Positions 50,255 to 59,912 of a stretch of DNA of 64,000 nt are shown here, piece after piece. Within the stretch, counting starts at the first letter, position 1; each line of letters begins with the position of its first letter. The stretch comes from Patescibacteria group bacterium. Lineage in GTDB: Bacteria; Patescibacteriota; Patescibacteriia; Patescibacteriales; GWC2-42-12. The stretch is from positions 163,680 through 227,679 of the forward strand of contig JBAZRI010000001.1 of NCBI GenBank assembly GCA_041662965.1, read 5' to 3'. The position numbers were made by a program, and so were the translations under genes. The notes under the pieces were generated by a model, which had not been told where the DNA came from, searched no databases, and saw only the letters and a program-made list of their open reading frames with translations.

Positions 50255-50266
50255 GCTATGTAAGTG

Positions 50267-51037
50267 TTAATTTTTCGTCGCTTGCTCTTTGACGATGAAT
50301 TTTTTTATGTCTTCAACCGTGTTCATTAGCTGCGCCGGGAAAATGATGGTGGAATTTTTTTCAATGCTGATTTCGGCCAGAGTCTGTAAGTTCCTTAATT
50401 GCAGGGCGATCGGGTGCTCGGCCATAATGTCGGCGGCTTGGCCTAATTTTTCCGAGGCTAAGAGTTCGCCTTCGGCCGCGATGATTTTAGAGCGCTTTTC
50501 TCTTTCGGCTTCGGCCTGTTTAGCCATGGCGCGCTGCATGTTTTCCGGCAGTTCAATATCTTTTATTTCTACGAGTTCTACGACTACGCCCCAAGGTTCG
50601 GTATGGGCGTCTAAAACTATGCGGATTTCTTTATTGATGGCGTCTCGCTCGGATAAAACTTCGTCCAATTGAAAGCGTCCGACAATATTTCTGACCGTGG
50701 TTTGCGCGATTTGGTCAATGGCCTGGCGCACGTTTTCTATGGCCACGATGCTTTTTATGGCGTCAATAACTTTAAAATAAGCCACAGCCGAGATATCCAC
50801 CGAGACGTTGTCTTTAGTAATGATTTTTTGCGGCGGGATCGGCATGGTCATGGTCCTGAAATCAACTTTGCGCATCCATTGAAAATACGGGATGATCCAG
50901 TTTAAGCCCGGCTCTCTGACCGAGATAATTTTTCCCAGGAAAAATACCACGCCTTTTTCATACTGCTGGACCACTTTAAAACCTGGCAAAACAATGAAGA
51001 CGATGATAAAAAACAGGACATACAATAATGATGGCAT
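50267..51037 (-). CDS. SPFH/band 7 (stomatin-prohibitin-like) membrane protein
   Basis: N-terminal TM, an SPFH core ([21 protein letters not shown]...[18 protein letters not shown]), and an Ala/Glu-rich coiled coil ([13 protein letters not shown]). Confidence 0.9.
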   Translation of the reverse strand: MPSLLYVLFFIIVFIVLPGFKVVQQYEKGVVFFLGKIISVREPGLNWIIPYFQWMRKVDFRTMTMPIPPQKIITKDNVSVDISAVAYFKVIDAIKSIVAIENVRQAIDQIAQTTVRNIVGRFQLDEVLSERDAINKEIRIVLDAHTEPWGVVVELVEIKDIELPENMQRAMAKQAEAEREKRSKIIAAEGELLASEKLGQAADIMAEHPIALQLRNLQTLAEISIEKNSTIIFPAQLMNTVEDIKKFIVKEQATKN

Positions 51038-51053
51038 AAATTTTAAATTTAAT

Positions 51054-51077
51054 CCTCCTTCGCTAGAACTTCGGAGG
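51054..51077. repeat. Intergenic copy of the ccNcc-ttcgcta(a/g)a(g/a)cttcgg-gg palindromic family
   Basis: cctccttcgctagaacttcggagg. Compare 7697-7724 and 25287-25315. Confidence 0.6.
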
Positions 51078-51223
51078 ACAAGTAAATTAATAATAGCTTA
51101 ATATTAGCAGAAGATAATTAAAAAAGCAATTCTTGCGATATGGCGGATAGCCGCCTTGTTTAAAGATTAAGCCGCTTGCCAATAAGCGGTTAATTGGTTA
51201 AAATAAAGGCTCTTAAGCGGCCG

Positions 51224-51249
51224 TGAAGAAAGTTTGTTTTTCTGCGTAT
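51224..51249 (+). promoter_or_regulatory. ECF-type promoter motif upstream of the sigma gene
   Basis: TGAAGAAA-N12-GCGTAT. The same motif with the same spacing occurs at 52705-52730. Confidence 0.55.
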
Positions 51250-51279
51250 TACTAAGTAAGAGCTTAGACGAGACAGCTT

Positions 51280-51864
51280 ATGATTAATAATGAGCAAGCG
51301 CAAAAATTAAGCGACGAAGAAATCGCGCGGTTAAGCCTGGAAAATCGGGATTATTTTTTATTGATTATCAACCGCTATAAAGAAAAATTGTTAAGATATG
51401 TCCGGCGGCTGTCTAATATAAGTTCTGAAGACGCGGACGATTTATTGCAGGAAATTTTTTTGAAAGTTTATTTGAATCTTAATGATTTTGACGAAGATTT
51501 AAAATTTTCCTCCTGGATTTACGCGATCGCCCGCAACCAAACGATCAGCCATTATCGCAAGCTTAAAGTCAGGGCCGAGGGGCACGCGGTGGCGATTGAT
51601 GATAAAAATTTTAAAGAAATCATGTCTGATTTTGACATTAAAAAAGACATGGACACGGGCTATTTAAGAGAGAATATTTTAAAGATTTTAGATAAGCTGG
51701 ACGGAAAATACCGCGAAATCTTAATATTGAAATTTTTTGAAGAAAAAGATTATCGGGAAATTTCCGATATTATCAAGCGGCCGGTCGGCACGGTCGGCTC
51801 GCTGATGAATAGAGCTAAAGCGGAGTTTAGGAAAAAATTAATCGGGCAGAATATTAAATTATAA
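51280..51864 (+). CDS. ECF-type sigma-70 family RNA polymerase sigma factor
   Basis: Region 2 (DLLQEIFLKVYLNL..FSSWIYAIARNQTISHYRK) and region 4 (REILILKFFEEKDYREISDII..PVGTVGSLMNRAK). Confidence 0.88.
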   Translation: MINNEQAQKLSDEEIARLSLENRDYFLLIINRYKEKLLRYVRRLSNISSEDADDLLQEIFLKVYLNLNDFDEDLKFSSWIYAIARNQTISHYRKLKVRAEGHAVAIDDKNFKEIMSDFDIKKDMDTGYLRENILKILDKLDGKYREILILKFFEEKDYREISDIIKRPVGTVGSLMNRAKAEFRKKLIGQNIKL

Positions 51865-51868
51865 ATAT

Positions 51869-52696
51869 ATGGCCTTGGACAAAAATTTTGAGGAAGAATT
51901 CCTCCATAAAATTGAAGCTGAAAAAATTCAGCCTAAGCCGAGATGGCGGTTTTTATTAAAAAATTATGCTGTCTGGGGCGCGGGTATTTTAGCGCTTTTC
52001 TTCGGGGCGATTTCCGTGTCGCTGATATTTTATATGAGCCGCTATAATGATTTGGAAGTTTACGGCCGGTCCGGCGGCCGGCTTTGGGAGAAATTATTAT
52101 TGTTAATCCCGATTTTTTGGCTTGCCTGTCTGGCTATTTTCGCGCTGGCGGTTATTTATAATGTTAAACATACTAAAAAAGGCTATCGCTATCCGCTGTT
52201 TTTAATTATTTTGGGAATAATAGCGGCCAGCGTAATTTTCGGAGGAATTTTTTACGCCGTTGGTTTTGGCGAAAAAATAGACGATAGTTTTAGCCGGCAC
52301 GCGCCATTTTACGACCGCCTGATTAATCCGCGGATTGATTTCTGGTCGCAGCCGGAAGAGGGCAGGCTGATGGGCATGATAATTTCGCGAGTTGATGATG
52401 ACATTTATATTTTAGCCAATAGGGAAAGGCAGGAATGGAAAGTGCTGACTAAGGGCGCGAAGCCGGTGCCGGGCGCCGAGGCGGTTGAATTAAAAGTCGG
52501 CCGGCCGGCGCGCTTTATCGGCAAGATTCAGGCCGAACGCGAATTTAGCGCTACTGAAATTTTACCCATGATGCCGGGCAAGGGCTTTTTTGAAAAAGCC
52601 GGATTGATGAAGCGGAGATTTCCCTGCCCGGCGGCTGAAAACGCCGACCGTTTTGGCGATTGCCAAAAATACAATGGAATGCCGGAGAAATTTTAA
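51869..52696 (+). CDS. Polytopic membrane protein, candidate anti-sigma factor
   Basis: Starts 4 nt after the sigma gene stop and has three TM helices. No zinc-finger anti-sigma motif is visible, so the call is positional. Confidence 0.4.
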   Translation: MALDKNFEEEFLHKIEAEKIQPKPRWRFLLKNYAVWGAGILALFFGAISVSLIFYMSRYNDLEVYGRSGGRLWEKLLLLIPIFWLACLAIFALAVIYNVKHTKKGYRYPLFLIILGIIAASVIFGGIFYAVGFGEKIDDSFSRHAPFYDRLINPRIDFWSQPEEGRLMGMIISRVDDDIYILANRERQEWKVLTKGAKPVPGAEAVELKVGRPARFIGKIQAEREFSATEILPMMPGKGFFEKAGLMKRRFPCPAAENADRFGDCQKYNGMPEKF

Positions 52697-52704
52697 TGAT
52701 TTTT

Positions 52705-52730
52705 TGAAGAAATTTTTTTCTCTTGCGTAA
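52705..52730 (+). promoter_or_regulatory. Second copy of the ECF-type promoter motif
   Basis: TGAAGAAA-N12-GCGTAA, located upstream of the secreted-protein gene. Confidence 0.55.
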
Positions 52731-52848
52731 TAGTCAATAGGGGATGGCCAAGCCCGGAGATTTCTAATAAATCAATAATTTCTATCCGCTATATGCCGCC
52801 TTGGGTAATGGGGAAGCCAAACGGCTTATAGCTTTAGACAATAAAATC

Positions 52849-53277
52849 ATGAAAAAATCTTATATTATTTCCGGAGTAGCCGCTTTAATCATCTTCGCCG
52901 CGGCCGCCAGCGCGGTTTCAATCGCTTCGGCGGCCGGCAACGCTAATGGGAATTTCGGCGGATTTTGGAAAAACAGGGGGCAAAACGCCAATTTAACCGC
53001 TGAACAGAAAACGGCTAAGCAAGCCGAGGCTCAAACTAAAGTTGACGCGGTCAGAGCGGCTTTAAACGCCGGCGACTATAATGCCTGGGTTAAGGCGGTA
53101 GGCGAAAACGCGCCGATCTTAAAACAGATTAACGTCGCTAATTTCAATCGTTTCGTAGAAGCTTATAAGCTGGAGCAGCAAGCGGATGCCATCAGGCAAG
53201 AATTAGGCGTTAACAGAGGCGCCGGCTGTTTAGGCGGAGGCGGGGGAATGTCCGGCTTCGGGCGATTACGGCAATAA
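52849..53277 (+). CDS. Small secreted protein, helical with a Gly-rich tail
   Basis: The likely start is the ATG at 52849 (MKKSYIISGVAALIIFAAAASA signal peptide). The track ORF begins upstream at a non-ATG codon. Confidence 0.55.
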   Translation: MKKSYIISGVAALIIFAAAASAVSIASAAGNANGNFGGFWKNRGQNANLTAEQKTAKQAEAQTKVDAVRAALNAGDYNAWVKAVGENAPILKQINVANFNRFVEAYKLEQQADAIRQELGVNRGAGCLGGGGGMSGFGRLRQ

Positions 53278-53372
53278 ATTAAAATAATGGGCATATATCA
53301 TAAAAATATATATGGCATGATAAAGGATGGCTCAATTTAATATTGGCCATTCTTTATTATATAAATAAAAAT

Positions 53373-55244
53373 ATGACACAAAGAATTTTTAGCGCTATTA
53401 AGAATCATAAAATAATCGCTTTTTTTATGATTTTAATAATTAGCGGCGGCGGTTATTACGGCTATAATAAATATAAGGCTGGCAATATCCAGCCAAGCTA
53501 TATTACTTCAGCCGTTGAGCAAGGCACTTTAATCACCTCGGTTTCTTCCAGCGGCCAGATTTCCGCTTCCAACCAAGTTGATGTTAAAGCCAAAGTTTCC
53601 GGCGATATTGCTAAAATTGCCGTCGTCAGCGGACAGGAAGTTAAGAGCGGAGGGCTAATCGCGCAGATTGACGCTAGAGACGCTTATAAAACGGTTAGAG
53701 ACGCTCAATCCAGTTTGCAAAGCGCTCAATTGGCCATGGATAAATTAAAGCAGGCGGCTAGCGCTAATTCCCTTTCGCAAGCCGAGAATTCGGTTGCCAG
53801 CGCCCAAACCAGCTTGGATAAACTTAAATTGTCCCAGCCGATTGATTATCAAAACGGCAAAGATTCTTTGCAAAATGCCCAAACTAATTTAGGTAAAGCC
53901 TATAGCGACGCTTTTAATGATATTTCTAATACTTTTTTAAGTTTGCCCGACATGGTTGTTTCGCTGGATGATATTCTTCATAGCGAGGAAATAAGCGCCA
54001 GCGAGGCTTCTTTAGACATCGGGCAAATAAATACCGCCGTGCTTTTAAATTCAACTTTTGAATATGGAATCGATCGGTCAAAAATTATATCATATCAGGC
54101 AGGCGCGGAAAATGATTACGCGGCGGCTCTTAAGGTTTACGATCTGGCTTATCAAGATTTTAAAAATGCCAGTATTTATTCAGCGCCTCAAGCCGTGGAA
54201 AATCTGCTGGATAAAACATTCACGGCCGCTAAAGCGATTGCCCAAGCGGTCAAGAGCGAAAACAATTATTTAACCACTTGGTCCGACTTTCGCGTTCTAA
54301 GGGACCAGTCTGTTTTTACTCAAGTTACTGCCTATAAAACTGATTTGGCGGCCTACGCCGGCCAGACTAATACATTTTTATCAAATTTGTTGTCGGCGCA
54401 GGCGGCTATTAAAACTTATAAAGACGCCATCGCCGCGGCTAACAATAATTTAAAAACATTAACCCAAAATCAGCCTTTGGATTTAGCCGCCTCTGAAAAT
54501 AGCTTAAGAGAAAAACAAGCCGCGCTGGCTGAATTGAAAGGCGGCGCCGATCCGTTGGATATCAAATCGCAGGAATTGTCGCTCCAGCAAAAACGCAACG
54601 CGCTTTATGACGCGCAAATTGCTTTAGCCGATTATGCCGTTAAAGCTCCGTTTGACGGCATAATCGCCGCGGTTAATTTAAAAGCGGGCGATTCGGCGTC
54701 AGGCGCCATCGCTACGATTATGACTAAGCAGCGCATCGCGGAAATTTCTTTAAATGAAGTTGACGCGGCTAAGATAAAAATAGGCGATAAGGCGACGCTT
54801 ACTTTTGACGCGCTTGACGGACTTAGCATCAGCGGCCAAGCCGCGGAAATTGATTCGCTGGGCACGGTAACCCAGGGCGTGGTTACCTATAATGTAAAAA
54901 TTGTTTTTGACACGCAAGACGACCGCGTTAAGTCAGGCATGAGCGTTAACGCGACTATTATTACAGGCGTTAAAACCGACGTTTTGATGGCGCCTAACTC
55001 GGCGGTTAAAACCGATGCTAACGGTGGCAGTTATGTTCAGACGCTTGATTCAGCCGGCCAGCCGCAGAACATTACGGTTCAGATCGGCCTGGCCAATGAT
55101 GCTAATACGGAAATAATCAGCGGCTTGAATGAAGGCGATAAAGTTATCACCCAGACAATAACTTCCGGCGCGGCTAAAACCACGACAGCACAAACCGGCA
55201 ATGGCGGAGGCATAAGAATACCGGGCATCGGCGGCGGCCGTTAA
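53373..55244 (+). CDS. Efflux periplasmic adaptor (HlyD/MacA family) with long coiled-coil hairpin
   Basis: N-terminal TM, a biotinyl-lipoyl-like half (VSGDIAKIAVVSGQEVKSGGLIAQID ... APFDGIIAAVNLKAGD), and a long Ala/Gln-rich coiled coil. ATG 53373 is preferred over TTG 53343. Confidence 0.8.
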   Translation: MTQRIFSAIKNHKIIAFFMILIISGGGYYGYNKYKAGNIQPSYITSAVEQGTLITSVSSSGQISASNQVDVKAKVSGDIAKIAVVSGQEVKSGGLIAQIDARDAYKTVRDAQSSLQSAQLAMDKLKQAASANSLSQAENSVASAQTSLDKLKLSQPIDYQNGKDSLQNAQTNLGKAYSDAFNDISNTFLSLPDMVVSLDDILHSEEISASEASLDIGQINTAVLLNSTFEYGIDRSKIISYQAGAENDYAAALKVYDLAYQDFKNASIYSAPQAVENLLDKTFTAAKAIAQAVKSENNYLTTWSDFRVLRDQSVFTQVTAYKTDLAAYAGQTNTFLSNLLSAQAAIKTYKDAIAAANNNLKTLTQNQPLDLAASENSLREKQAALAELKGGADPLDIKSQELSLQQKRNALYDAQIALADYAVKAPFDGIIAAVNLKAGDSASGAIATIMTKQRIAEISLNEVDAAKIKIGDKATLTFDALDGLSISGQAAEIDSLGTVTQGVVTYNVKIVFDTQDDRVKSGMSVNATIITGVKTDVLMAPNSAVKTDANGGSYVQTLDSAGQPQNITVQIGLANDANTEIISGLNEGDKVITQTITSGAAKTTTAQTGNGGGIRIPGIGGGR

Positions 55245-55291
55245 GGCAAAGCGGCTTTAGGTTCGCGATTAATTTATTCAAATTAAAGCCA

Positions 55292-55996
55292 ATGATTAAA
55301 TGTGAAAATATATACAAATCATATAGCACCGGCGGCGTTGAAACCGAAGTTCTTAAAGATGTTTCTTTTTCTATTAATGACGGCGAATTTATCGCCATTA
55401 TCGGTCCGTCCGGTTCAGGCAAGTCAACTTTAATGCATATTCTAGGCGCGCTGGATATTCCGACCAGCGGCAAATATTATTTAGGCGGCAAAGACGTTTC
55501 GGCTTTATCCGAAGATGAGTTGGCGCGGATAAGAAAAGAAAAAATCGGCTTTGTTTTTCAAGCCTTTAATTTATTATCCCGCGCGACGGTGTTGCGCAAT
55601 GTCATGCTGCCTTTGGTTTACGCCGAGATACCGGCCGAACAGCGCGAAAAAAAGGCTAGAGAAGCTTTAACGCAAGCCGGTTTGGCTGAATCGCATTTCA
55701 GCCATCTTTCCAACCAGCTGTCCGGCGGGCAAATGCAAAGAGTGGCTATTGCCCGGGCTTTAGTCAATAATCCGGCTATAATTTTAGCCGACGAGCCGAC
55801 CGGCAATTTGGATTCAAAAACCGGCGATGTGGTTTTGGAAACTTTTCGCAGTTTAAACGCGCAAGGCCGGACGATTATATTAATTACCCATGAACAATAC
55901 GTGGCCGAGCACGCGGATAGGATAATTATGATTAAGGACGGGATGATTGTGAGCGACAGAAAGAATGATCACAGGAGAATAAATGGCATAAAATAA
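55292..55996 (+). CDS. ABC transporter ATP-binding protein (MacB/LolD type)
   Basis: Walker [10 protein letters not shown], signature LSGGQMQR, Walker [12 protein letters not shown]. Confidence 0.93.
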   Translation: MIKCENIYKSYSTGGVETEVLKDVSFSINDGEFIAIIGPSGSGKSTLMHILGALDIPTSGKYYLGGKDVSALSEDELARIRKEKIGFVFQAFNLLSRATVLRNVMLPLVYAEIPAEQREKKAREALTQAGLAESHFSHLSNQLSGGQMQRVAIARALVNNPAIILADEPTGNLDSKTGDVVLETFRSLNAQGRTIILITHEQYVAEHADRIIMIKDGMIVSDRKNDHRRINGIK

Positions 55997-56003
55997 AAAA
56001 TAT

Positions 56004-57230
56004 ATGTTGATTTACGATTTATTCCAAGAAAGTTTTCTGGCTTTATCAAGCAATAAAATTAGGTCAAGCCTGACTATTTTAGGCATAGTTATCGGCGTGG
56101 CTTCGGTTATCGCCATGGTTTCCATCGGCCAGGGTTCTCAAGCCTCAATTGAGTCCAGCATCCAATCCATCGGTTCAAATTTGATTATGGTTATGCCGGG
56201 CGCCCAGCGCGGTTTCGGCGGCGGCGCCAGCTCGGCTCGAGGCAGCGCCCAATCTTTAAAGCAGGCTGACGCTGACGCTATTAAAAAAGAAGTTGTTTCA
56301 GTTAAAGCGGTTGCTCCGGATTTATCCCAAAGATATCAGATCACGGCTAAAGGCACTAATAGCAATACTTCGGTTGACGGCGTGACTGCCGCTTACGCGG
56401 AAGTCAGAAGCGTAAAGATAGAGCAAGGCTCATTTATAACCGATCAAAATAATTCCGGTTTATCTAAGGTCGCGGTTTTAGGCCCGACTACGCGCGATGA
56501 TCTGTTCGGCGCCAATGCCGCCAATGTAATCGGTCAGGCGATTAAAATTAATAAAATTGAATTTAAGGTTATCGGCATTACGCAAGCTAAGGGCGGCAGC
56601 GGTTTCTCCAACCAAGATGATATAATTTATATACCTTTATCCACTATGCAGAGATATTTAGCCGGCGCCGATTATGTTTCCACTATCAGCATTGAGGCTG
56701 AAAATTCCGATGACATGGCTACGGTTCAAGAGCAGGTTAACAGTTTGCTTATGGCCAGGCATAAAATTTCCGATGCGTCGTCGGTTGATTTTAATATTTT
56801 AAACCAATCGGATATCGTGGCCACGGCTTCAAGCGTTACCGGCACTCTTACTATGCTGCTCGCCGCTATCGCCGGGATTTCTTTGATCGTCGGCGGTATC
56901 GGCATTATGAATATGATGCTGACGACCGTTACCGAGCGGACCAAAGAAATCGGCTTGCGCAAAGCCATCGGCGCGTCCAGGCAGGATATTAGCAGCCAAT
57001 TTTTAGTTGAAGCCATTATGCTGACGTTATTGGGCGGCATTATTGGCATTTCTCTGGGTTGGCTGATTTCTTTGGCCGTATCCAGTTTTGCCGGTTTAGC
57101 TACTGTGGTTTCGACGATGTCGATTATTTTAGCTTTTGGCGTGTCGGCGGCTATCGGTTTGATTTTCGGCTATTATCCGGCCCGCCGGGCGTCAAAATTA
57201 AATCCGATTGAAGCTTTAAGGTTTGAATAA
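56004..57230 (+). CDS. ABC transporter permease (MacB periplasmic core + FtsX domain)
   Basis: TM1, a ~230-aa extracytoplasmic domain, and a C-terminal FtsX 3-TM bundle with TERTKEIGLRKAIGA. Confidence 0.9.
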   Translation: MLIYDLFQESFLALSSNKIRSSLTILGIVIGVASVIAMVSIGQGSQASIESSIQSIGSNLIMVMPGAQRGFGGGASSARGSAQSLKQADADAIKKEVVSVKAVAPDLSQRYQITAKGTNSNTSVDGVTAAYAEVRSVKIEQGSFITDQNNSGLSKVAVLGPTTRDDLFGANAANVIGQAIKINKIEFKVIGITQAKGGSGFSNQDDIIYIPLSTMQRYLAGADYVSTISIEAENSDDMATVQEQVNSLLMARHKISDASSVDFNILNQSDIVATASSVTGTLTMLLAAIAGISLIVGGIGIMNMMLTTVTERTKEIGLRKAIGASRQDISSQFLVEAIMLTLLGGIIGISLGWLISLAVSSFAGLATVVSTMSIILAFGVSAAIGLIFGYYPARRASKLNPIEALRFE

Positions 57231-57247
57231 TAATTTACAATATTTTT

Positions 57248-57697
57248 ATGCAGAATAAAATGTTAATTGGTTTTATCATCGCAGTAGTCGTAGTTGGAGC
57301 CGGCTCTTTTTATGGCGGCATGCAGTATGGCAAAAATCAAACTAGCGCCCAGAATAATGCTGCGCGCCAACAAAGATTTGGGCAAGGCGCCGGGCCGGCT
57401 CAAGGCGGGCAATTTAATCGTCAAGGCAGAGTAGCCGGCGGCGGGTTTGTTAATGGCGATATTATCGCCAAAGATGATAAAAGCGTAACGGTTAAATCGG
57501 CTGATGGCGGATCAAAAATAGTTTTTTTATCAGGCGCGACGCAAATAATGAAATCGGTTGATGGTTCTTTGGTTGACTTGGAGATGGGGGAAAATGTTAT
57601 GATAACCGGCAGCGCTAATTCGGACGGCAGTCTAACCGCGCAGTCCATTCAATTGCGTCCGGCCGCGCCCTTAACCGCGACTTCAACGCCAAAATAA
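57248..57697 (+). CDS. Membrane-anchored Gly/Gln-rich small protein
   Basis: N-terminal TM, a low-complexity QGAGPAQGGQFNRQG region, and a beta-rich C-terminal domain. Confidence 0.55.
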   Translation: MQNKMLIGFIIAVVVVGAGSFYGGMQYGKNQTSAQNNAARQQRFGQGAGPAQGGQFNRQGRVAGGGFVNGDIIAKDDKSVTVKSADGGSKIVFLSGATQIMKSVDGSLVDLEMGENVMITGSANSDGSLTAQSIQLRPAAPLTATSTPK

Positions 57698-57714
57698 TAA
57701 TTAGCAGATTATTA

Positions 57715-57752
57715 AAATAAAAAACGCTCCGCGAATCGCGGAGCGTTTTTTT
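57715..57752. terminator. Bidirectional intrinsic terminator
   Basis: Stem cgctccgcg / cgcggagcg flanked by A- and T-runs, between convergent genes. Confidence 0.85.
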
Positions 57753-57763
57753 ATGTGAGATTT

Positions 57764-58435
57764 TTATAAAGCGATTTTTATCCCCGGACCCATAGTTGAG
57801 CTGATGTAAGCTTTTTTGATATAGATGCCCTTGGAAGTCGCCGGTTTGGCTTTTCTGATCGCTTCTAAAAGCGTTTCAAAATTTTGCGTTAATTTGCCGG
57901 TCTCAAAAGAAATTTTGCCGATAGCCACGTGCACATTGCCGGTATCGTCATTTTTTAAGCTTATTTTGCCTTTTTTCAGTTCCAGAACGGCTTTAGCCGG
58001 GTTAGGCGTAACAGTTTCGTTTTTAGGCGAAGGCATCAGGCCGCGGGTGCCTAAAATTTTAGCGATTGATGATAAATTTTTCATCATGGCCGGTTCAGCT
58101 ACGGCTACCTGGAAATCGGTTTTCTCGGTTTTTTTAATTTCGTTAATCAATTCTTCGCCGCCGACATAATCAGCGCCGGCCTTACGGGTTTCTTCTTCTT
58201 TGGCCGGGGTGACAAAAGCCGCCACTTTAATGGTTTTGCCCGTGCCGTTAGGCAGGGAAACGGCCAGTCTGACTTGCTGTTCGCCTTTTTTAGTGTCAAT
58301 GCCCAAGCGGAAATGGATTTCCAGCGAAGCGTCAAATTTTGTTTTAGATAATTTTTTGGTCAATTCAACGGCTTCCGCGATCGGATAAGCTTTATTGACG
58401 TCATATTCAACCGTGGCTTTAGTTTTTTTTGTCAT
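57764..58435 (-). CDS. rplA: 50S ribosomal protein L1
   Basis: YPIAEAVELTKK..FDASLEIHFRLGIDTKKGEQQVR..LPNGTGK is L1. ATG 58435 (MTKKTKA) is preferred over the GTG at 58480. Confidence 0.95.
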   Translation of the reverse strand: MTKKTKATVEYDVNKAYPIAEAVELTKKLSKTKFDASLEIHFRLGIDTKKGEQQVRLAVSLPNGTGKTIKVAAFVTPAKEEETRKAGADYVGGEELINEIKKTEKTDFQVAVAEPAMMKNLSSIAKILGTRGLMPSPKNETVTPNPAKAVLELKKGKISLKNDDTGNVHVAIGKISFETGKLTQNFETLLEAIRKAKPATSKGIYIKKAYISSTMGPGIKIAL

Positions 58436-58456
58436 AATTTTTTTCGTGGTATTAGC

Positions 58457-58474
58457 GCCCCGCGTTTGCGGGGC
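58457..58474 (-). promoter_or_regulatory. GC hairpin in the rplK-rplA spacer
   Basis: On the mRNA strand, GCCCCGC-AAAC-GCGGGGC preceded by GGGA. Possibly a translational-control site, but its function is unknown. Confidence 0.25.
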
Positions 58475-58502
58475 TCCCACAAATTAGTGATTAAATTTTC
58501 AA

Positions 58503-58925
58503 TTATTTTATTTCTACGCCCATCTGCCTGGCCGTGCCGGCGATAATTTTCATGGCCGCTTCAATATCATTGGCGTTAAGGTCGGGCATTTTAATCTCGG
58601 CGATTTCTTTAAGCTGGGCCTTGGTGATTGAACCGACTTTTTCCGTTAAAGGCTTGCCCGAGCCTTTGGGGATTTTTGCCAATTTTTTGATTAATTCCGA
58701 AGCTGGAGGAGTTTTTAGGATAAAAGTATAAGTTCTATCTTCAAAAACAGTAATTTCCACCGGCGTGATATCGCCCATTTTATCTTTGGTTTTTTCGTTG
58801 AAAGCTTGGCAGAATTGCGCGATATTTAAGCCGTGCTGGCCTAAAGCCGGACCTACCGGAGGCGCGGGATTAGCCTGGCCGGCCGGAATTTGCAATTTTA
58901 TTTTGGTTAATATTTTCTTGGCCAT
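58503..58925 (-). CDS. rplK: 50S ribosomal protein L11
   Basis: [31 protein letters not shown] is the classic L11 N-terminus. Confidence 0.97.
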   Translation of the reverse strand: MAKKILTKIKLQIPAGQANPAPPVGPALGQHGLNIAQFCQAFNEKTKDKMGDITPVEITVFEDRTYTFILKTPPASELIKKLAKIPKGSGKPLTEKVGSITKAQLKEIAEIKMPDLNANDIEAAMKIIAGTARQMGVEIK

Positions 58926-58959
58926 ACTGGTTAGTTTTTATTATTTAATAATCTTCCAA

Positions 58960-59048
58960 CCCCGACGAATCTACAAATTAACTACAAATACTACAAATAT
59001 TAAGAAGCTTGATTTGTAGATTCGTAGCAGATTCGTTGATTTGTGGGA
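58960..59048. repeat. ctacaaat repeat / 13-bp-arm palindrome in the nusG-rplK spacer
   Basis: cgaatctacaaat ... atttgtagattcg, with three direct ctacaaat units and a trailing attcgttgatttgt. Confidence 0.75.
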
Positions 59049-59049
59049 T

Positions 59050-59595
59050 TTATATTTTCTTAATTTGTAAGAAATCAAGCTCCACCGGAGTTTCTCGGCC
59101 GAACATGGAAACCACGACTTTGATTTTGCCTTTAGCCTCGTCAATGTCGGCCACTTTGCCTTCTAAATTTTTAAACGGCCCGTCAATGATCCGCACCGGC
59201 GAATTGATTGAAACGTCAATTTTAAATTTAGGCTCTTCAACGCCCATGCGTTTTTGCAGATCTTTTATTTCATGTTCCGAGATCGGGGTCGGAATAGTGC
59301 CGGTGCCGATAAAGCCGGTGACGTTAGGCGTATTCCTGACTACGTACCAGGAATCGTCGTTAACGATCATTTCCACTAAAACGTAGCCGGGAAAGATTTT
59401 TTCTTCAATGATTTTCCGTTTGCCGTTTTTAATTTTAATCTTTTTTTCCGTAGGGATTAAAATATTATAAATCTTATTTTCCATGTCCATGGATTCGATT
59501 CTTTGTTTTAAATTCTGCGAGACGTTTTCTTCATAACCGGAATAAGTGTGTAAAACGTACCAGCGCCGGCCTTGATTTAATGTTTGTTTAGCCAT
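59050..59595 (-). CDS. nusG: Transcription termination/antitermination factor NusG
   Basis: WYVLHTYSGYEN, FPGYVLVEM and a C-terminal KOW domain (GPFKNLEGKV). Confidence 0.95.
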   Translation of the reverse strand: MAKQTLNQGRRWYVLHTYSGYEENVSQNLKQRIESMDMENKIYNILIPTEKKIKIKNGKRKIIEEKIFPGYVLVEMIVNDDSWYVVRNTPNVTGFIGTGTIPTPISEHEIKDLQKRMGVEEPKFKIDVSINSPVRIIDGPFKNLEGKVADIDEAKGKIKVVVSMFGRETPVELDFLQIKKI

Positions 59596-59605
59596 ATGGA
59601 GACGA

Positions 59606-59794
59606 TTATTTATTGATAATTAAATATTCCAGGCCTTTGGTAAAAATGAGGTCTAGAAGGCCCAAAAACAAAGCCACTCCCACGCTGATAAAAATCACCA
59701 GCAAAGTATAATTATAGGTTTCTTTTTTAGTCGGCCAAGCGACTTTTTTCATTTCTTCAATTGAGGCTTTGATGTAATTGATTATTTTATCCAT
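59606..59794 (-). CDS. secE: Preprotein translocase subunit SecE
   Basis: 62 aa with EEMKKVAWPTKKET and a single TM, positioned upstream of nusG. Confidence 0.9.
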   Translation of the reverse strand: MDKIINYIKASIEEMKKVAWPTKKETYNYTLLVIFISVGVALFLGLLDLIFTKGLEYLIINK

Positions 59795-59912
59795 ATTGTT
59801 CTATTAAAAAACAGCCCTGGCGGGCGGCGTTTATTTATGTTTATATCTTACACAATACTTAAAAGGCTGTCAAGCGCTTGGTTTAATTGGCTGAAATATG
59901 GTATAATATTAT

